The notes: generated by a model from the letters alone, not told the origin. A stretch of DNA of 43,455 bases from an uncultured Fibrobacterales bacterium (GCA_963934255.1 CAWVXU010000012.1:1-43455), one strand, 5' to 3'. Positions 1 to 9,465 are shown, numbered from the stretch's first letter. Program-made: numbers and translations.

Positions 1-770
1 TTACTCGTTGCTTCTTCCTCAGAAATATCAACCGCAACCCCTAGGTAGCCTATGATCTCTTCATTTTCATCGAGAATACATGAAATGGTAAGGCTGACGG
101 GTATTCTCCGACCTGATTTGTGAACATAGGTCCATTTTCGTCGTTCGGACCCCAAGTTCTTTCTCGCGGTATAAATGAAAGTATCAAAGTCAGTTATTTT
201 CTTCTGATAGATTTCTGATAATTCTATCTCTCGAGCGTATATTTCATCCAAATCATGGATAAGATCGAGTGTTTGTTTGAGTGCCATTTCATCAGCCGAA
301 TAGCCCAATAATTTCTCAGCACCTTTATTAAAAAGTGTAATCAATCCTTCGGTATTTGTAGCAATGATACTGATATCTGAAGCGGAGTCAATTACTCGAC
401 TGAATAAACTTTCTCTGGCCTTGCTTGGAATTTCAAGATTGAGCAGATTGGGTTGACATGAGCCTACAAAATAAAAAAAGCCATTTTGATGAATGGCTTT
501 GATGCAAAGATTATCTGAGCTGATTTGAGGCGATTGAACTTCAAAAAGAAGGGGGGATATTCGGGATTGCTCTGAACTAGTTTCAATTAAAAATATGGTT
601 AATTTTTGACGGAGTGTGTTGTCCAGAAGCTTTTCAAAAGCATTTTGATCAGGGAATAATTCTTTAAAAGTTGAATTGGAGTCCATAGTCATAAAATCTG
701 TATTCAAGCATACTTGAATTTCGATGGATATGCCAATAAAAGCTTGGTCAAAATTTGGAGGTATTTTCAT
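1..770 (-). CDS. PAS/PAC domain signal-transduction protein, partial (runs off the left edge)
   Basis: Hand translation from ATG 770 stays open to the edge. It contains SIIATNTEGLITLFNKGAEKLLGYSADEM (PAS) and WTYVHKSGRRIPVSLTISCILDENEEIIGYLGVAVDIS (PAC). Not in the ORF track. Confidence 0.85.
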   Translation of the reverse strand, partial: MKIPPNFDQAFIGISIEIQVCLNTDFMTMDSNSTFKELFPDQNAFEKLLDNTLRQKLTIFLIETSSEQSRISPLLFEVQSPQISSDNLCIKAIHQNGFFYFVGSCQPNLLNLEIPSKARESLFSRVIDSASDISIIATNTEGLITLFNKGAEKLLGYSADEMALKQTLDLIHDLDEIYAREIELSEIYQKKITDFDTFIYTARKNLGSERRKWTYVHKSGRRIPVSLTISCILDENEEIIGYLGVAVDISEEEATS

Positions 771-812
771 ATGGTAAATCATACGACTTTAGCTATTTAG
801 ATTACAAGGATT

Positions 813-2243
813 TTATGAAATGTTATCTATAATATATTTCTTTAAAACATCTGTATTTGCAGCTAAGACAACTGATTTTTGGTCTAAATCCTCGATATTA
901 TGGAGGTGGGTGGGTCTATAAGGTTTTTGCCCCAATGCTTCAACGATAGAGTCTTCAAACTTTGCCGCCAAAGCAGTCTCCATTACCACCATTTTGACAC
1001 CTTTTTCACGGGATGAGAGCCCTGTTTTGACTCCATCGGCGGTGTGTGTGTCAATTTCTAGACCATATTGCTTGTGGATTTGCTGAATCATCTGAATTCG
1101 ATCTTGGTGGGTTGAGCGAGCAGAGCTTAATCCATACTTTTCATTCATGAGCTTGAATGTCTCTTCATCTAATTCAAACCCTTCTCCGGATTCAACTGAA
1201 GCCCACATTGAGGCTAGTTTTTTAGCATCACGACCTACAAGATCAAATACAAAACGTTCGAGATTAGAAGCTTTTGAAATGTCCATGGAGGGACTTGATG
1301 TCTGAAAAACGCCTTTGTCACCACGAGGTAGGTATTTACCGGTGGTGAAAAACTCATTGAGCACATCATTTTCATTTGTCGCTACAATGAGTTTGCGAAT
1401 AGGGAGTCCCATTTGTCTGGCGATATGAGCCGCACAGATATTGCCAAAATTTCCTGATGGCACTGTAAAATCAATTTTCTCACCGACTTTATCCACAGCA
1501 AGAAAATAGCCATTGAAGTAATACACTACTTGGGCTACAATTCGCCCCCAGTTAATCGAGTTGACAGCTCCTACTTTATGGGCCTCTTTAAATTCTGAGT
1601 CTTTGTTGACCGACTTAACGAGATCTTGGCAGGTATCAAAGAATGCCGGTATAGCGATATTAAAGATATTTTCATCTTGCAAGCTAAACATTTGAGCACG
1701 CTGGAAGTTACTCATCTTGCCTTCTGGAGAGAGCATAAAGACTCTGACGCCTTTTTTGCCACGCATCGCGTATTCTGCGGCAGAGCCTGTGTCTCCAGAA
1801 GTGGCTCCGACAATATTTACTTCCGTGTTTTTTTGATCAAGTACATATTCAAAGAGGTTGCCAAGAAGCTGCATCGCCATGTCTTTAAAAGCTAGAGTGG
1901 GTCCATTTGATAATTCTTGAATAAAAAAATCATCTTCTAGCTTGACTAAGGGCGTGATTTGGTGTGCTAAGTCTTGGTTTCTACCATTACAATAGACTTC
2001 TGCGGTATAGGTCTTATTGAGAATTCTTTTTAAATCATCTTGAGGTATGTCAGACACGAAGTCTTTGATGACCTCAAACGCGAGTTCAGAATAACTTAAA
2101 CCTTGGAGTTTCTCTAGGTCAGAAATTGAAAATTGAGGATAACTTTCGGGGATTGAAAGCCCACCATCAGGAGCCAGGCCTGTCAGTAAAATCTCTGAAA
2201 AAGAGAGAGCTTGCATTTGTCCACGTGTAGAGATGTAATTCAT
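813..2243 (-). CDS. thrC: Threonine synthase
   Basis: MNYISTRG start, GLAPDGGL, PLP-lysine motif GPTLAFKDMA, ATSGDTGSAA, NSINWGR, VPSGNFGN. Confidence 0.97.
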   Translation of the reverse strand: MNYISTRGQMQALSFSEILLTGLAPDGGLSIPESYPQFSISDLEKLQGLSYSELAFEVIKDFVSDIPQDDLKRILNKTYTAEVYCNGRNQDLAHQITPLVKLEDDFFIQELSNGPTLAFKDMAMQLLGNLFEYVLDQKNTEVNIVGATSGDTGSAAEYAMRGKKGVRVFMLSPEGKMSNFQRAQMFSLQDENIFNIAIPAFFDTCQDLVKSVNKDSEFKEAHKVGAVNSINWGRIVAQVVYYFNGYFLAVDKVGEKIDFTVPSGNFGNICAAHIARQMGLPIRKLIVATNENDVLNEFFTTGKYLPRGDKGVFQTSSPSMDISKASNLERFVFDLVGRDAKKLASMWASVESGEGFELDEETFKLMNEKYGLSSARSTHQDRIQMIQQIHKQYGLEIDTHTADGVKTGLSSREKGVKMVVMETALAAKFEDSIVEALGQKPYRPTHLHNIEDLDQKSVVLAANTDVLKKYIIDNIS

Positions 2244-2379
2244 GTGAAGTTTCCTGATTCAATTCGTTTCTTTTAGTCAAAATTAGTAATTCTAACGTGC
2301 TTTCTTATTGAAAATCAAGGCATTGAAGTAGGATAAGCTATACTTAGGTAATAAAACTCCCGTTAAATGAGACCTTGAA

Positions 2380-2712
2380 ATGAATTACAAAGAGATTTTA
2401 GAAACCAAGTTACAGACTATTTTCCATAATGAGCATTATCGAGCCAAAGTGGCAGACGCTCTACTTCAGTATGGTAAAACTGCTGAAGAAGAAAAACCAT
2501 TCCTGGTTCGCCTTGCTATTTTAAAAAATGCTGGTGTAGAGTTTGAAGCGATTGAAGCGACTATAGCTATTGCCAAGTCAGACTTTCGCCATGTTCTAGA
2601 CCAAGCCGAGTTCCCCCGTCAAACAGCTAACCAAAACTGCCGTGACCGAGATCAAATGATGGCATTCATGGATGAAGATCAAGCTGAATGGACCAAGTTT
2701 CTTAAGTATTAA
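2380..2712 (+). CDS. Hypothetical helical protein (110 aa)
   Basis: ATG ORF filling the gap, divergent from thrC; no function recognised. Confidence 0.7.
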   Translation: MNYKEILETKLQTIFHNEHYRAKVADALLQYGKTAEEEKPFLVRLAILKNAGVEFEAIEATIAIAKSDFRHVLDQAEFPRQTANQNCRDRDQMMAFMDEDQAEWTKFLKY

Positions 2713-2717
2713 AAGCG

Positions 2718-3143
2718 CTATCCTTTTTTTGCATCCAATGGGCAATACTCAGACTGTATTTTGAATGAATAATAATACTCAACCGCTTTTATGTTTTCTT
2801 TCAAGTTGATGCTTGTGGCCTTTTTTAACGAAGCATTGGTAAATGAAATAGTCCTGATAAGATCTTTGCAAAAAACTTTTTTCCATTTAACGCTATAAGG
2901 ATGAGATCCTAATTGTTTAAAATCAACAATTGCACTTATGGTGGTGAGCGATTTGAACATCTGAATCATGTGTGAGTTAGTAATTGCAATGTCAGTTTCA
3001 TTATAAGTGCCTCTGACATTAGATAGGATTTTACCAATTGTTTTAAGATGCTCTTGAACGATTCTTTCTTCCTTAAATGCCGTCCCCCCTGGCTGCGTCA
3101 CGCCAGATGATACTAGGATTAGGACAATCATTAAATACTTCAT
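2718..3143 (-). CDS. Secreted two-Cys hypothetical protein (paralog of 3166-3558)
   Basis: ATG 3143 follows GGTGGAG SD (track uses GTG 3152). Signal peptide MKYLMIVLILVSSG; KWKxxxC ... KIxxExC. Confidence 0.75.
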   Translation of the reverse strand: MKYLMIVLILVSSGVTQPGGTAFKEERIVQEHLKTIGKILSNVRGTYNETDIAITNSHMIQMFKSLTTISAIVDFKQLGSHPYSVKWKKVFCKDLIRTISFTNASLKKATSINLKENIKAVEYYYSFKIQSEYCPLDAKKG

Positions 3144-3165
3144 AAACTCCACCTTGAACTAGGGT

Positions 3166-3558
3166 CTAATTACAGTTTTCTGTTTTGATTTTCTTGTAAA
3201 TATTTTCCAACTTATCAACATGATGCTTTACTCCAACACTAAAGTTTTCTGCAGGATGAAAATCAGTGTCTAATTGAATACATGTTATCGTTTTCCATTT
3301 ATCCTGTAGAATAACATTATCTGTTTCTATTAGAAAGTCACTCCATGCCATTAGAGTAACTGATATAGTGTTTATTTTCTCAAGAGTAAAGAAAAGCTTT
3401 TCATTGGTGCTATCCGAATCCCCCTCAATCCCGATTATGTCATTGCCTATTGCATAAATTTTTCGGCTGATTTCATTTAATTCAATCCCTTTGTCTTTGC
3501 TATTTCCTATTGCTGAAACACTTCCAGCTAACAATAATACTATTAATAAATATTTCAT
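3166..3558 (-). CDS. Secreted two-Cys hypothetical protein
   Basis: AAAGGA SD; signal peptide MKYLLIVLLLAGSVSA; KWKTITC ... KIKTENC. Confidence 0.75.
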   Translation of the reverse strand: MKYLLIVLLLAGSVSAIGNSKDKGIELNEISRKIYAIGNDIIGIEGDSDSTNEKLFFTLEKINTISVTLMAWSDFLIETDNVILQDKWKTITCIQLDTDFHPAENFSVGVKHHVDKLENIYKKIKTENCN

Positions 3559-3684
3559 ATAGTTCCTTTCACGTCATTCATAGTTTCATATGATAATCAT
3601 GAATGTAATAGTAGTTTTCAATAACAGGTTCTCAGAATATTATTAATCTACTATAGATTCCTCGAGAGTGCTATGGTATCCATT

Positions 3685-3719
3685 AACATAAGAGCGTCTA
3701 TGAGGCTCTTATTTGTTTT
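3685..3719. terminator. Hairpin, possible intrinsic terminator
   Basis: ATAAGAGC...GCTCTTAT stem followed by TTGTTTT on the + strand. Confidence 0.4.
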
Positions 3720-3740
3720 ATTGATAAAAAACAATGAAAT

Positions 3741-3757
3741 TATTCCCAAGGAGATTT
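3741..3757 (-). repeat. 17-bp direct repeat of the tRNA-Glu 3' end (att-like)
   Basis: TATTCCCAAGGAGATTT at 3741-3757 is identical to 3847-3863. Confidence 0.85.
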
Positions 3758-3805
3758 TCTTGTTGGTCCGTTTCTGGTCGATCTAAGCATCTTGGCCTTA
3801 TAAAC

Positions 3806-3838
3806 AAAAAAGACCTCATCTCGAAAGATGAAGTCTTT
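3806..3838 (-). terminator. Intrinsic terminator after tRNA-Glu
   Basis: Minus strand AAAGACTTCATCT-TTCG-AGATGAGGTCTTTTTT. Confidence 0.8.
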
Positions 3839-3846
3839 AAGTTTAG

Positions 3847-3920
3847 TATTCCCAAGGAGATTTGAACTCCTGTTGCCCGGATGAAAACCGGGTGTCCTAG
3901 GCCAACTAGACGATGGGAAC
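3847..3920 (-). tRNA. tRNA-Glu (UUC), CCA not encoded
   Basis: GTTCCCA/TGGGAAT acceptor stem, CCCGG-TT-TTC-AT-CCGGG anticodon arm, GGAGTTCAAATCTCC T-arm. Confidence 0.96.
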
Positions 3921-4068
3921 ATACTAATACGGTAATTAGGATAATTTGGCATTCCTAAAAGCGCTTTGTAAATATATGAATTGTGAAATATCCTTACAAG
4001 GGTCTTTGTGGAAAAATTTTTTATTTTTAATAAAAAGTTCTTTCAGGCCATTTGGTATCTTTCAAGGC

Positions 4069-5577
4069 ATGTGGAAAACTCTTAAATACAGCTTCTTTAT
4101 AGGAGAAATCCGTCGATATCCAAAAAAATGGTATTCGATTGTAGGTTTAAGTCTCTTGGCTGCTTTCATTGAGGCAGCTTTCTTGGGGTCATTTAGATAT
4201 TCCTTAATGAATTTTGAGAATAGACTAGATAATAACACTGTCCTATTATTTCTCTTAATAGGCCTAGGGATGCTTGTTCTAGTCTGGTTAAGGTATCTTC
4301 TTAACCTGTCTGTGGAAAATAGGAATATTGAACTCCTGGGTGACTTGCGTAAGGCACCTCATTACTTCAATAGGGCTGAGGAAACTTGGTCTACCAAGCG
4401 TGAATCACAAATTCAGATGGAGCAAAGCTTTAAAATGGGGGCGATGGCATTGAAAGCTGTGGCCCAACTCCTTGTCTTCATCCCATTGATCTTGTTTAGC
4501 CATATATTGTTATTTGGATTTTTGTTTTTTCTTTCTTTACCTATAGTTATGGTCTCCGCTAGACAAAGGAAACACCTCAAAAACCAAGCAACTCAGCTTC
4601 GAAGAAGTCGAAATATTATTTTTGAACAACTAGAGGATGGAGCTAATTTCAGTAAAACTTGGACTCATAGTGATCTTCTTGATTTAAATAATCAAACAAT
4701 TCAGGATGAGTTTCATCGGTGGAGCCAGATGGATTTAGATCTTAGTTTGTCTGAAGAAAACAACCGTGCCCATTCAGATTTATGGAATGGATTTTTTATT
4801 GTTTTAACATTGGTTTTTTCAATGTATGGAGCTCATGCTGGTTATTATCAATTTGCTGATCTGACGTTGTTTTATGGAGCATTGTTGTTGAGTTATGCGC
4901 CAGTTAAAAATTTAAGCCTTTTCTTAAACACACAAACCCGAGTCAATGAAAAGACTCAACTTGAATCATACCCTATAGATGATAATGAATTTCCAAATAT
5001 CGCGCAAGTAGGTGAAATTATTCTTTGGCCAAAGGCACATCTTTTTTATGGCGATCATTTGTTGATTTCCAATTTAGAATTTGAATTGAAACCAGGTACT
5101 CACATTTTGAGTGGTGTCAATGGGGTAGGGAAAACAACCTTGTTAAAACAAATAAGTCGTGATAGTCACGCTGATCAATTAATCTATTTAAATCAATTTC
5201 CTGAACTGCCGCATCCCCACTTATTAGCAAGTACCCTTAAAACCATTTTATCAAAGTCACCTGAGTTAGTTGATATACTTGAGCTTAAGCCGCTCATCAA
5301 CAAATCGGGTCAATTGCGACATCATTTTTCTGGGGGCGAAAGACAGCGCATACTTCTTGCTTTAAGCTTGTCATGCCCTGCACAATGGTATCTTTTAGAC
5401 GAGCCACTCTCAAGTGTTGATTTCAAAACAAGAGGTGTTATGTTTGACAAAATATGTAACTACATTCTCACTCATCAAATGAATATTTTGATGGTACACC
5501 ATGACCTATCAGTATCAAATGATCGAATTAATTTTTGGAATCTTGATGAGAATGGATTGAGTTCACTTGGGGAATAA
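4069..5577 (+). CDS. ABC transporter, fused membrane and ATPase domains (exporter-like, divergent)
   Basis: N-terminal hydrophobic segments; Walker A GVNGVGKTT, signature FSGGERQR, Walker B YLLDEP, H-loop VHHD. ATG 4069 preferred over TTG 3946. Confidence 0.85.
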   Translation: MWKTLKYSFFIGEIRRYPKKWYSIVGLSLLAAFIEAAFLGSFRYSLMNFENRLDNNTVLLFLLIGLGMLVLVWLRYLLNLSVENRNIELLGDLRKAPHYFNRAEETWSTKRESQIQMEQSFKMGAMALKAVAQLLVFIPLILFSHILLFGFLFFLSLPIVMVSARQRKHLKNQATQLRRSRNIIFEQLEDGANFSKTWTHSDLLDLNNQTIQDEFHRWSQMDLDLSLSEENNRAHSDLWNGFFIVLTLVFSMYGAHAGYYQFADLTLFYGALLLSYAPVKNLSLFLNTQTRVNEKTQLESYPIDDNEFPNIAQVGEIILWPKAHLFYGDHLLISNLEFELKPGTHILSGVNGVGKTTLLKQISRDSHADQLIYLNQFPELPHPHLLASTLKTILSKSPELVDILELKPLINKSGQLRHHFSGGERQRILLALSLSCPAQWYLLDEPLSSVDFKTRGVMFDKICNYILTHQMNILMVHHDLSVSNDRINFWNLDENGLSSLGE

Positions 5578-6205
5578 ATATTATAAAAGACGAGATTTGA
5601 TACCCACAGTTGTTGCTTTAGTTGCATTGTCCGTGCACTTCTTTTTGAATAAGGAACCGGTTTATATTTATTGGGTGGGAGTCATTGTTGGGCAAGCTTT
5701 AAGAGTTTGGTCACGAATGCATGTAGGTAATCACACTCGAATGATGAATTTGAATGTACCCGAACTTGTGGTGACGGGGTCATACCGTTTTTCTAGAAAT
5801 CCTCTTTATGTTTCCAATTTAATCGTTTCAACTAGTTTGATATTGTCATTGAACTTAACATCAGTTGAGGTGATTCCTCTGATTATGTTATTAATCTGGA
5901 ATTGGAAGAAAGTGATTGAAGAAGAGGAAGTATACTTGAGTGAAGAGTTTGGATCATCTTATGATAATTACTTCAAAAGTGTCTCACGCTGGTTTGATAT
6001 CAATGCAGTAATATTATTACTTGGCTCAATCAAGTCTCAAGCGTCATCTCAAATTGAACATACTGATGTGCCGGCAGGTAGGGGCAATGGAATTCGGTTA
6101 AATTCATGGATTCAGTCTATTTATTCCGACAAATGGACATGGATTTGGCAATATTTGATTCTATCAATCATTCTCGTTGCTGATTTGACGTTAAATCTCA
6201 TCTAG
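5567..6205 (+). CDS. Isoprenylcysteine carboxyl methyltransferase / PEMT-family membrane protein
   Basis: LVVTGSYRFSRNPLY and EEEVYLSEEFGSSYDNY motifs, TM helices; overlaps the ABC gene stop. Confidence 0.85.
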   Translation: MGNKYYKRRDLIPTVVALVALSVHFFLNKEPVYIYWVGVIVGQALRVWSRMHVGNHTRMMNLNVPELVVTGSYRFSRNPLYVSNLIVSTSLILSLNLTSVEVIPLIMLLIWNWKKVIEEEEVYLSEEFGSSYDNYFKSVSRWFDINAVILLLGSIKSQASSQIEHTDVPAGRGNGIRLNSWIQSIYSDKWTWIWQYLILSIILVADLTLNLI

Positions 6206-6350
6206 ATATCGTTCAACTTTCAAAAAACACAGTATTGATTCAGAAGATTTCAACCTTGAGCTACCACCCGAGATGCAATTTTGCTAAATTTTAAATTAAA
6301 GTAAGTAATTGTGTCAAAAGCTAATGTTTTTGAATGAGACTAAAGGACAA

Positions 6351-7277
6351 ATGATGAATATTTTAATGGCTGAACCACGTGGATTTTGTGCAGGTGTCGA
6401 TCGTGCAATTCAAATTGTTGAAAAAGCACTAGAAAAATTTGGTGCCCCTATTTATGTTCGCCATGAGATTGTTCATAATAAAGCGGTGGTAGATGCTCTT
6501 AAAGAGCAAGGCGCTATTTTTGTAAAAGAAATTACTGAAGTACCTCATGGGGCTGCAGTTGTTTTTTCAGCACATGGCGTGGCTGAAGTTGTCTATGAAG
6601 AAGCAGCCAAAAAAGAATTAAAAATTATTGATGCAGCGTGTCCGCTTGTTAAAAAAGTTCACAAGAGTGCTAAGCGTCATGACAGCAAAGGCCGTACAAT
6701 TGTTCTGATTGGTCATGATGGTCATCCTGAAGTTGAAGGCACCAAAGGTCAAATTGATGGTGATATGATTCTGGTGAGTTCTCCTGAAGAAGTCGCGTCT
6801 GTTGAGATTGATGATAGTCATGCTTTAGCTTATATTACGCAGACAACATTGTCGACTGACGAGACTAAAGACATTATTGCAGCGCTTAAATTAAAATTTC
6901 CTCGTATTGAAGGCCCTGAAATGGGTGATATGTGTTATGCAACGACTAATAGACAAATGGCTGTGCGCGAACTTGCCGAAAAAGTAGATTTACTTTTGGT
7001 TGTGGGCTCAAGTAATAGCTCAAATTCAAAGCGTCTATCAGAGCTTGGTTCACAGCTTGGAGTCGAGTCACATTTAATTGATTCTAAGGACCATATTGAC
7101 CCTAGTTGGCTTGTGGGTAAAAAACAAGTAGGAATTTCGAGTGGTGCAAGTGCACCAGAGCATTTAGTACAAGGTGTTGTCGCTTGGTTAAAAGAAAACA
7201 CAGACATTGAATCTGTTGAATCTTCAGTTACGATGGAAGAAAATGTAAAGTTCAACTTACCAGAAATACTCAGGTAA
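6351..7277 (+). CDS. ispH: 4-hydroxy-3-methylbut-2-enyl diphosphate reductase
   Basis: PRGFCAGV, HEIVHN, SAHG, DAACPLV, QTT, CYATTNRQ, SSNS, GASAP. ATG 6351/6354 follows AAAGGA. Confidence 0.97.
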   Translation: MMNILMAEPRGFCAGVDRAIQIVEKALEKFGAPIYVRHEIVHNKAVVDALKEQGAIFVKEITEVPHGAAVVFSAHGVAEVVYEEAAKKELKIIDAACPLVKKVHKSAKRHDSKGRTIVLIGHDGHPEVEGTKGQIDGDMILVSSPEEVASVEIDDSHALAYITQTTLSTDETKDIIAALKLKFPRIEGPEMGDMCYATTNRQMAVRELAEKVDLLLVVGSSNSSNSKRLSELGSQLGVESHLIDSKDHIDPSWLVGKKQVGISSGASAPEHLVQGVVAWLKENTDIESVESSVTMEENVKFNLPEILR

Positions 7278-7328
7278 TTGAGCCAGCGTATGTATGTTAT
7301 TTCAGTTTATCGATGACCTGATGATATT

Positions 7329-7360
7329 CAAAAAGCCACCTCAAACGAGGTGGCTTTTTG
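7329..7360. terminator. Bidirectional intrinsic terminator between ispH and GH94
   Basis: CAAAAAGCCACCTC-AAAC-GAGGTGGCTTTTTG perfect stem between convergent genes. Confidence 0.9.
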
Positions 7361-7410
7361 ATTTTACTTCATTAGTATCTAGGTCTAGCCTTTTGAATGT
7401 ACTAAGTACA

Positions 7411-9462
7411 TTAGATGAGTTTCTTACCTTTAGGCACAATAACATCAAACAATGTAATAGCAAGCCAACTTACTGTGCTTGTCAGCCAAGGGATACCACC
7501 TTCACCGTCTTTGAAGTCATAATAACCACCGTTATAATAGTTGACTAAGACAAATGGCTCAGATCTTGTTTTGCGCCAATCTTTAGTGAATGGCAAAATC
7601 TTAGACATAAACTCTTGGCCTTCTTGGTCCATTCCGGCTTCGAAAAGAGCTAAGATGCCATAAGCAGCCGCATGATTGTATATCGCGAAGTTTTCAGCCA
7701 CACCTGGTGCCAAAAATGATAATCTGCCGACAGATTCTGTGGGCTGATCAAAAGGCGGATAACAAAGGAGTAAGCCATTGTCATTTCGCAATTTAGAAAC
7801 CATAGAATCCATTGAGATTTGTCCTTTTTCAGGGTCTCTTAGACTCATACCACTTAAAGTGTACCAAGCTTGAGTTAATAGGAAGACACGGTCTTCACCC
7901 CCCACGACTTCCCCCTTTTCAGTGATGCCGCGAGCAAACCATTCACCGGTCCATTGCTTTTGAACCGCATTGAATAACCTTAATTGAATCGCTTCTACAT
8001 CCAAAGGACATTCTTGACCGATTTTTTCATAAATGAAATTCATTTTATCAATCGCCATATAGACAAATTGATTGAGCCAAACAGACTCGCCATTGAGGCC
8101 CATGCCGTTAAGTGCATCATTCCAATCGCCGACACCGATGATAATACAATCATTCGGGCCAAATTGAAGCATGTACTCTAATCCTGCAATGAGATGCTCG
8201 ATGACAGTTCCGGTTTCGCCTTCACCTTTAAACCAGGCTACTTGCTCAAATAAGAAGTCGGTCTCGCCTGTTTGACGGACAAGATGTTCAGCGGCAAGCA
8301 CAAGCCATGCAGGTAAGTCCCTAAAGTCACGTTCATCATCAAAACCACCATCAATAGCCCATTGACGTAGGCAACGGCCGTTTTTGAATTGTTTTGAGCA
8401 AAGATCTAAGAAGATTTCTTTAGCAAGTTCTGGCTCGTAATAACATAAACCCATGACGTCTTGACCGACATCACGAACACCTCTAAAGCCTTCTCGGACC
8501 AGTCCAGCGGCTTGCTGATATATTTGATATCCAAAGAATGTATTGAGGTAAGCGTCAGTTTCTGCATCACCAGTTTTAGGTATTTTGGGATGATTTAGTT
8601 TAGTTTTCCAATCCTCTTTAATGACTGCAAGTTCAGTTTCGACATCGTTGATTGATGTGAAATTGGAGCGAATCACTTCAAGTTGTTCAGACCCAATTCC
8701 AATCACAAGACAAGTCTTAAAAGATTCTCCCGGTTCTAAAGTTACTTTGTATTGGTACACAGCCCCATAGGGGTCCCCTGCAGAAAAGTTTTGACCTAAG
8801 TCTCCACTGAGAAGCTCTTCGGGGAGGATGAAGCTACCGTCTCCCCAGAAGCTTTGAAGATTAGATTGCCATGAGTCTGGAGTCGTGAGGGAAAGTACGA
8901 AACCATCTACAGCGCCCTCTTCCATTTTGGCTACATGGATACAATTATCTTCAAATTTAGAATTGGTAAACCAGCTATAATAATCATGATGAATTTTATG
9001 ATCTGGGTAGAGTAATAATTCTACCTGAGGATAAAGTTCAAAAGTCTTTGATTGATTACTGTTGTTTTTAGCTTCAATATGCCAAAATTCAAATTTACCA
9101 TTCTGAGGAACAAAATGCTTTGTTGAGACTTCAAGTTCATTTTTAGAACTTGTAAAACCTGACCACCCTGGGCTATGTGTACTTTCATAACTATCCAGAG
9201 GTGTTGCCATTGGCCATTGAGTAGGAGTCCACATTGTCTCGTTCTCTTTGATGTAAAGAAAACGACCTTTGCTATGATTGACTGGGTCAAAATGAGTGGA
9301 CATAGTGCGTGGCTCTTCAAGAGTTGCACCATAACCGGAACCCATATGTGATAATTTAATACCATACTCAGAATTGGCGATATAATTGTACCAAGGCCTG
9401 AGTTGGTGAGGCTTATAGAGGTGGAAACCCTCTTCGTCTAATTTCCAATCTTGACTACTCAT
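7411..9462 (-). CDS. GH94 glycoside phosphorylase, substrate unknown
   Basis: RPWYNYIAN N-terminal domain, RDVGQD, catalytic-acid GDWNDAL, GESVW, PGVAENFAIYNH, PWLTST. Confidence 0.9.
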   Translation of the reverse strand: MSSQDWKLDEEGFHLYKPHQLRPWYNYIANSEYGIKLSHMGSGYGATLEEPRTMSTHFDPVNHSKGRFLYIKENETMWTPTQWPMATPLDSYESTHSPGWSGFTSSKNELEVSTKHFVPQNGKFEFWHIEAKNNSNQSKTFELYPQVELLLYPDHKIHHDYYSWFTNSKFEDNCIHVAKMEEGAVDGFVLSLTTPDSWQSNLQSFWGDGSFILPEELLSGDLGQNFSAGDPYGAVYQYKVTLEPGESFKTCLVIGIGSEQLEVIRSNFTSINDVETELAVIKEDWKTKLNHPKIPKTGDAETDAYLNTFFGYQIYQQAAGLVREGFRGVRDVGQDVMGLCYYEPELAKEIFLDLCSKQFKNGRCLRQWAIDGGFDDERDFRDLPAWLVLAAEHLVRQTGETDFLFEQVAWFKGEGETGTVIEHLIAGLEYMLQFGPNDCIIIGVGDWNDALNGMGLNGESVWLNQFVYMAIDKMNFIYEKIGQECPLDVEAIQLRLFNAVQKQWTGEWFARGITEKGEVVGGEDRVFLLTQAWYTLSGMSLRDPEKGQISMDSMVSKLRNDNGLLLCYPPFDQPTESVGRLSFLAPGVAENFAIYNHAAAYGILALFEAGMDQEGQEFMSKILPFTKDWRKTRSEPFVLVNYYNGGYYDFKDGEGGIPWLTSTVSWLAITLFDVIVPKGKKLI

Positions 9463-9465
9463 CAA

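Noticed and set aside
2244..2379. Possible thr attenuator or T-box upstream of thrC
   Set aside because: No Thr/Ile-rich leader or T-box motif; the region is a short divergent promoter.
3740..3952. 70-aa ORF on the minus strand
   Set aside because: It reads through tRNA-Glu and its terminator, so it is a shadow ORF.
7396..7412. Inverted repeat AATGTACT-A-AGTACATT
   Set aside because: Operator-like, but it sits between convergent gene ends at a stop codon and I saw no second copy.
7294..7548. 84-aa ORF after ispH
   Set aside because: It crosses the bidirectional terminator and is antisense to the GH94 end.
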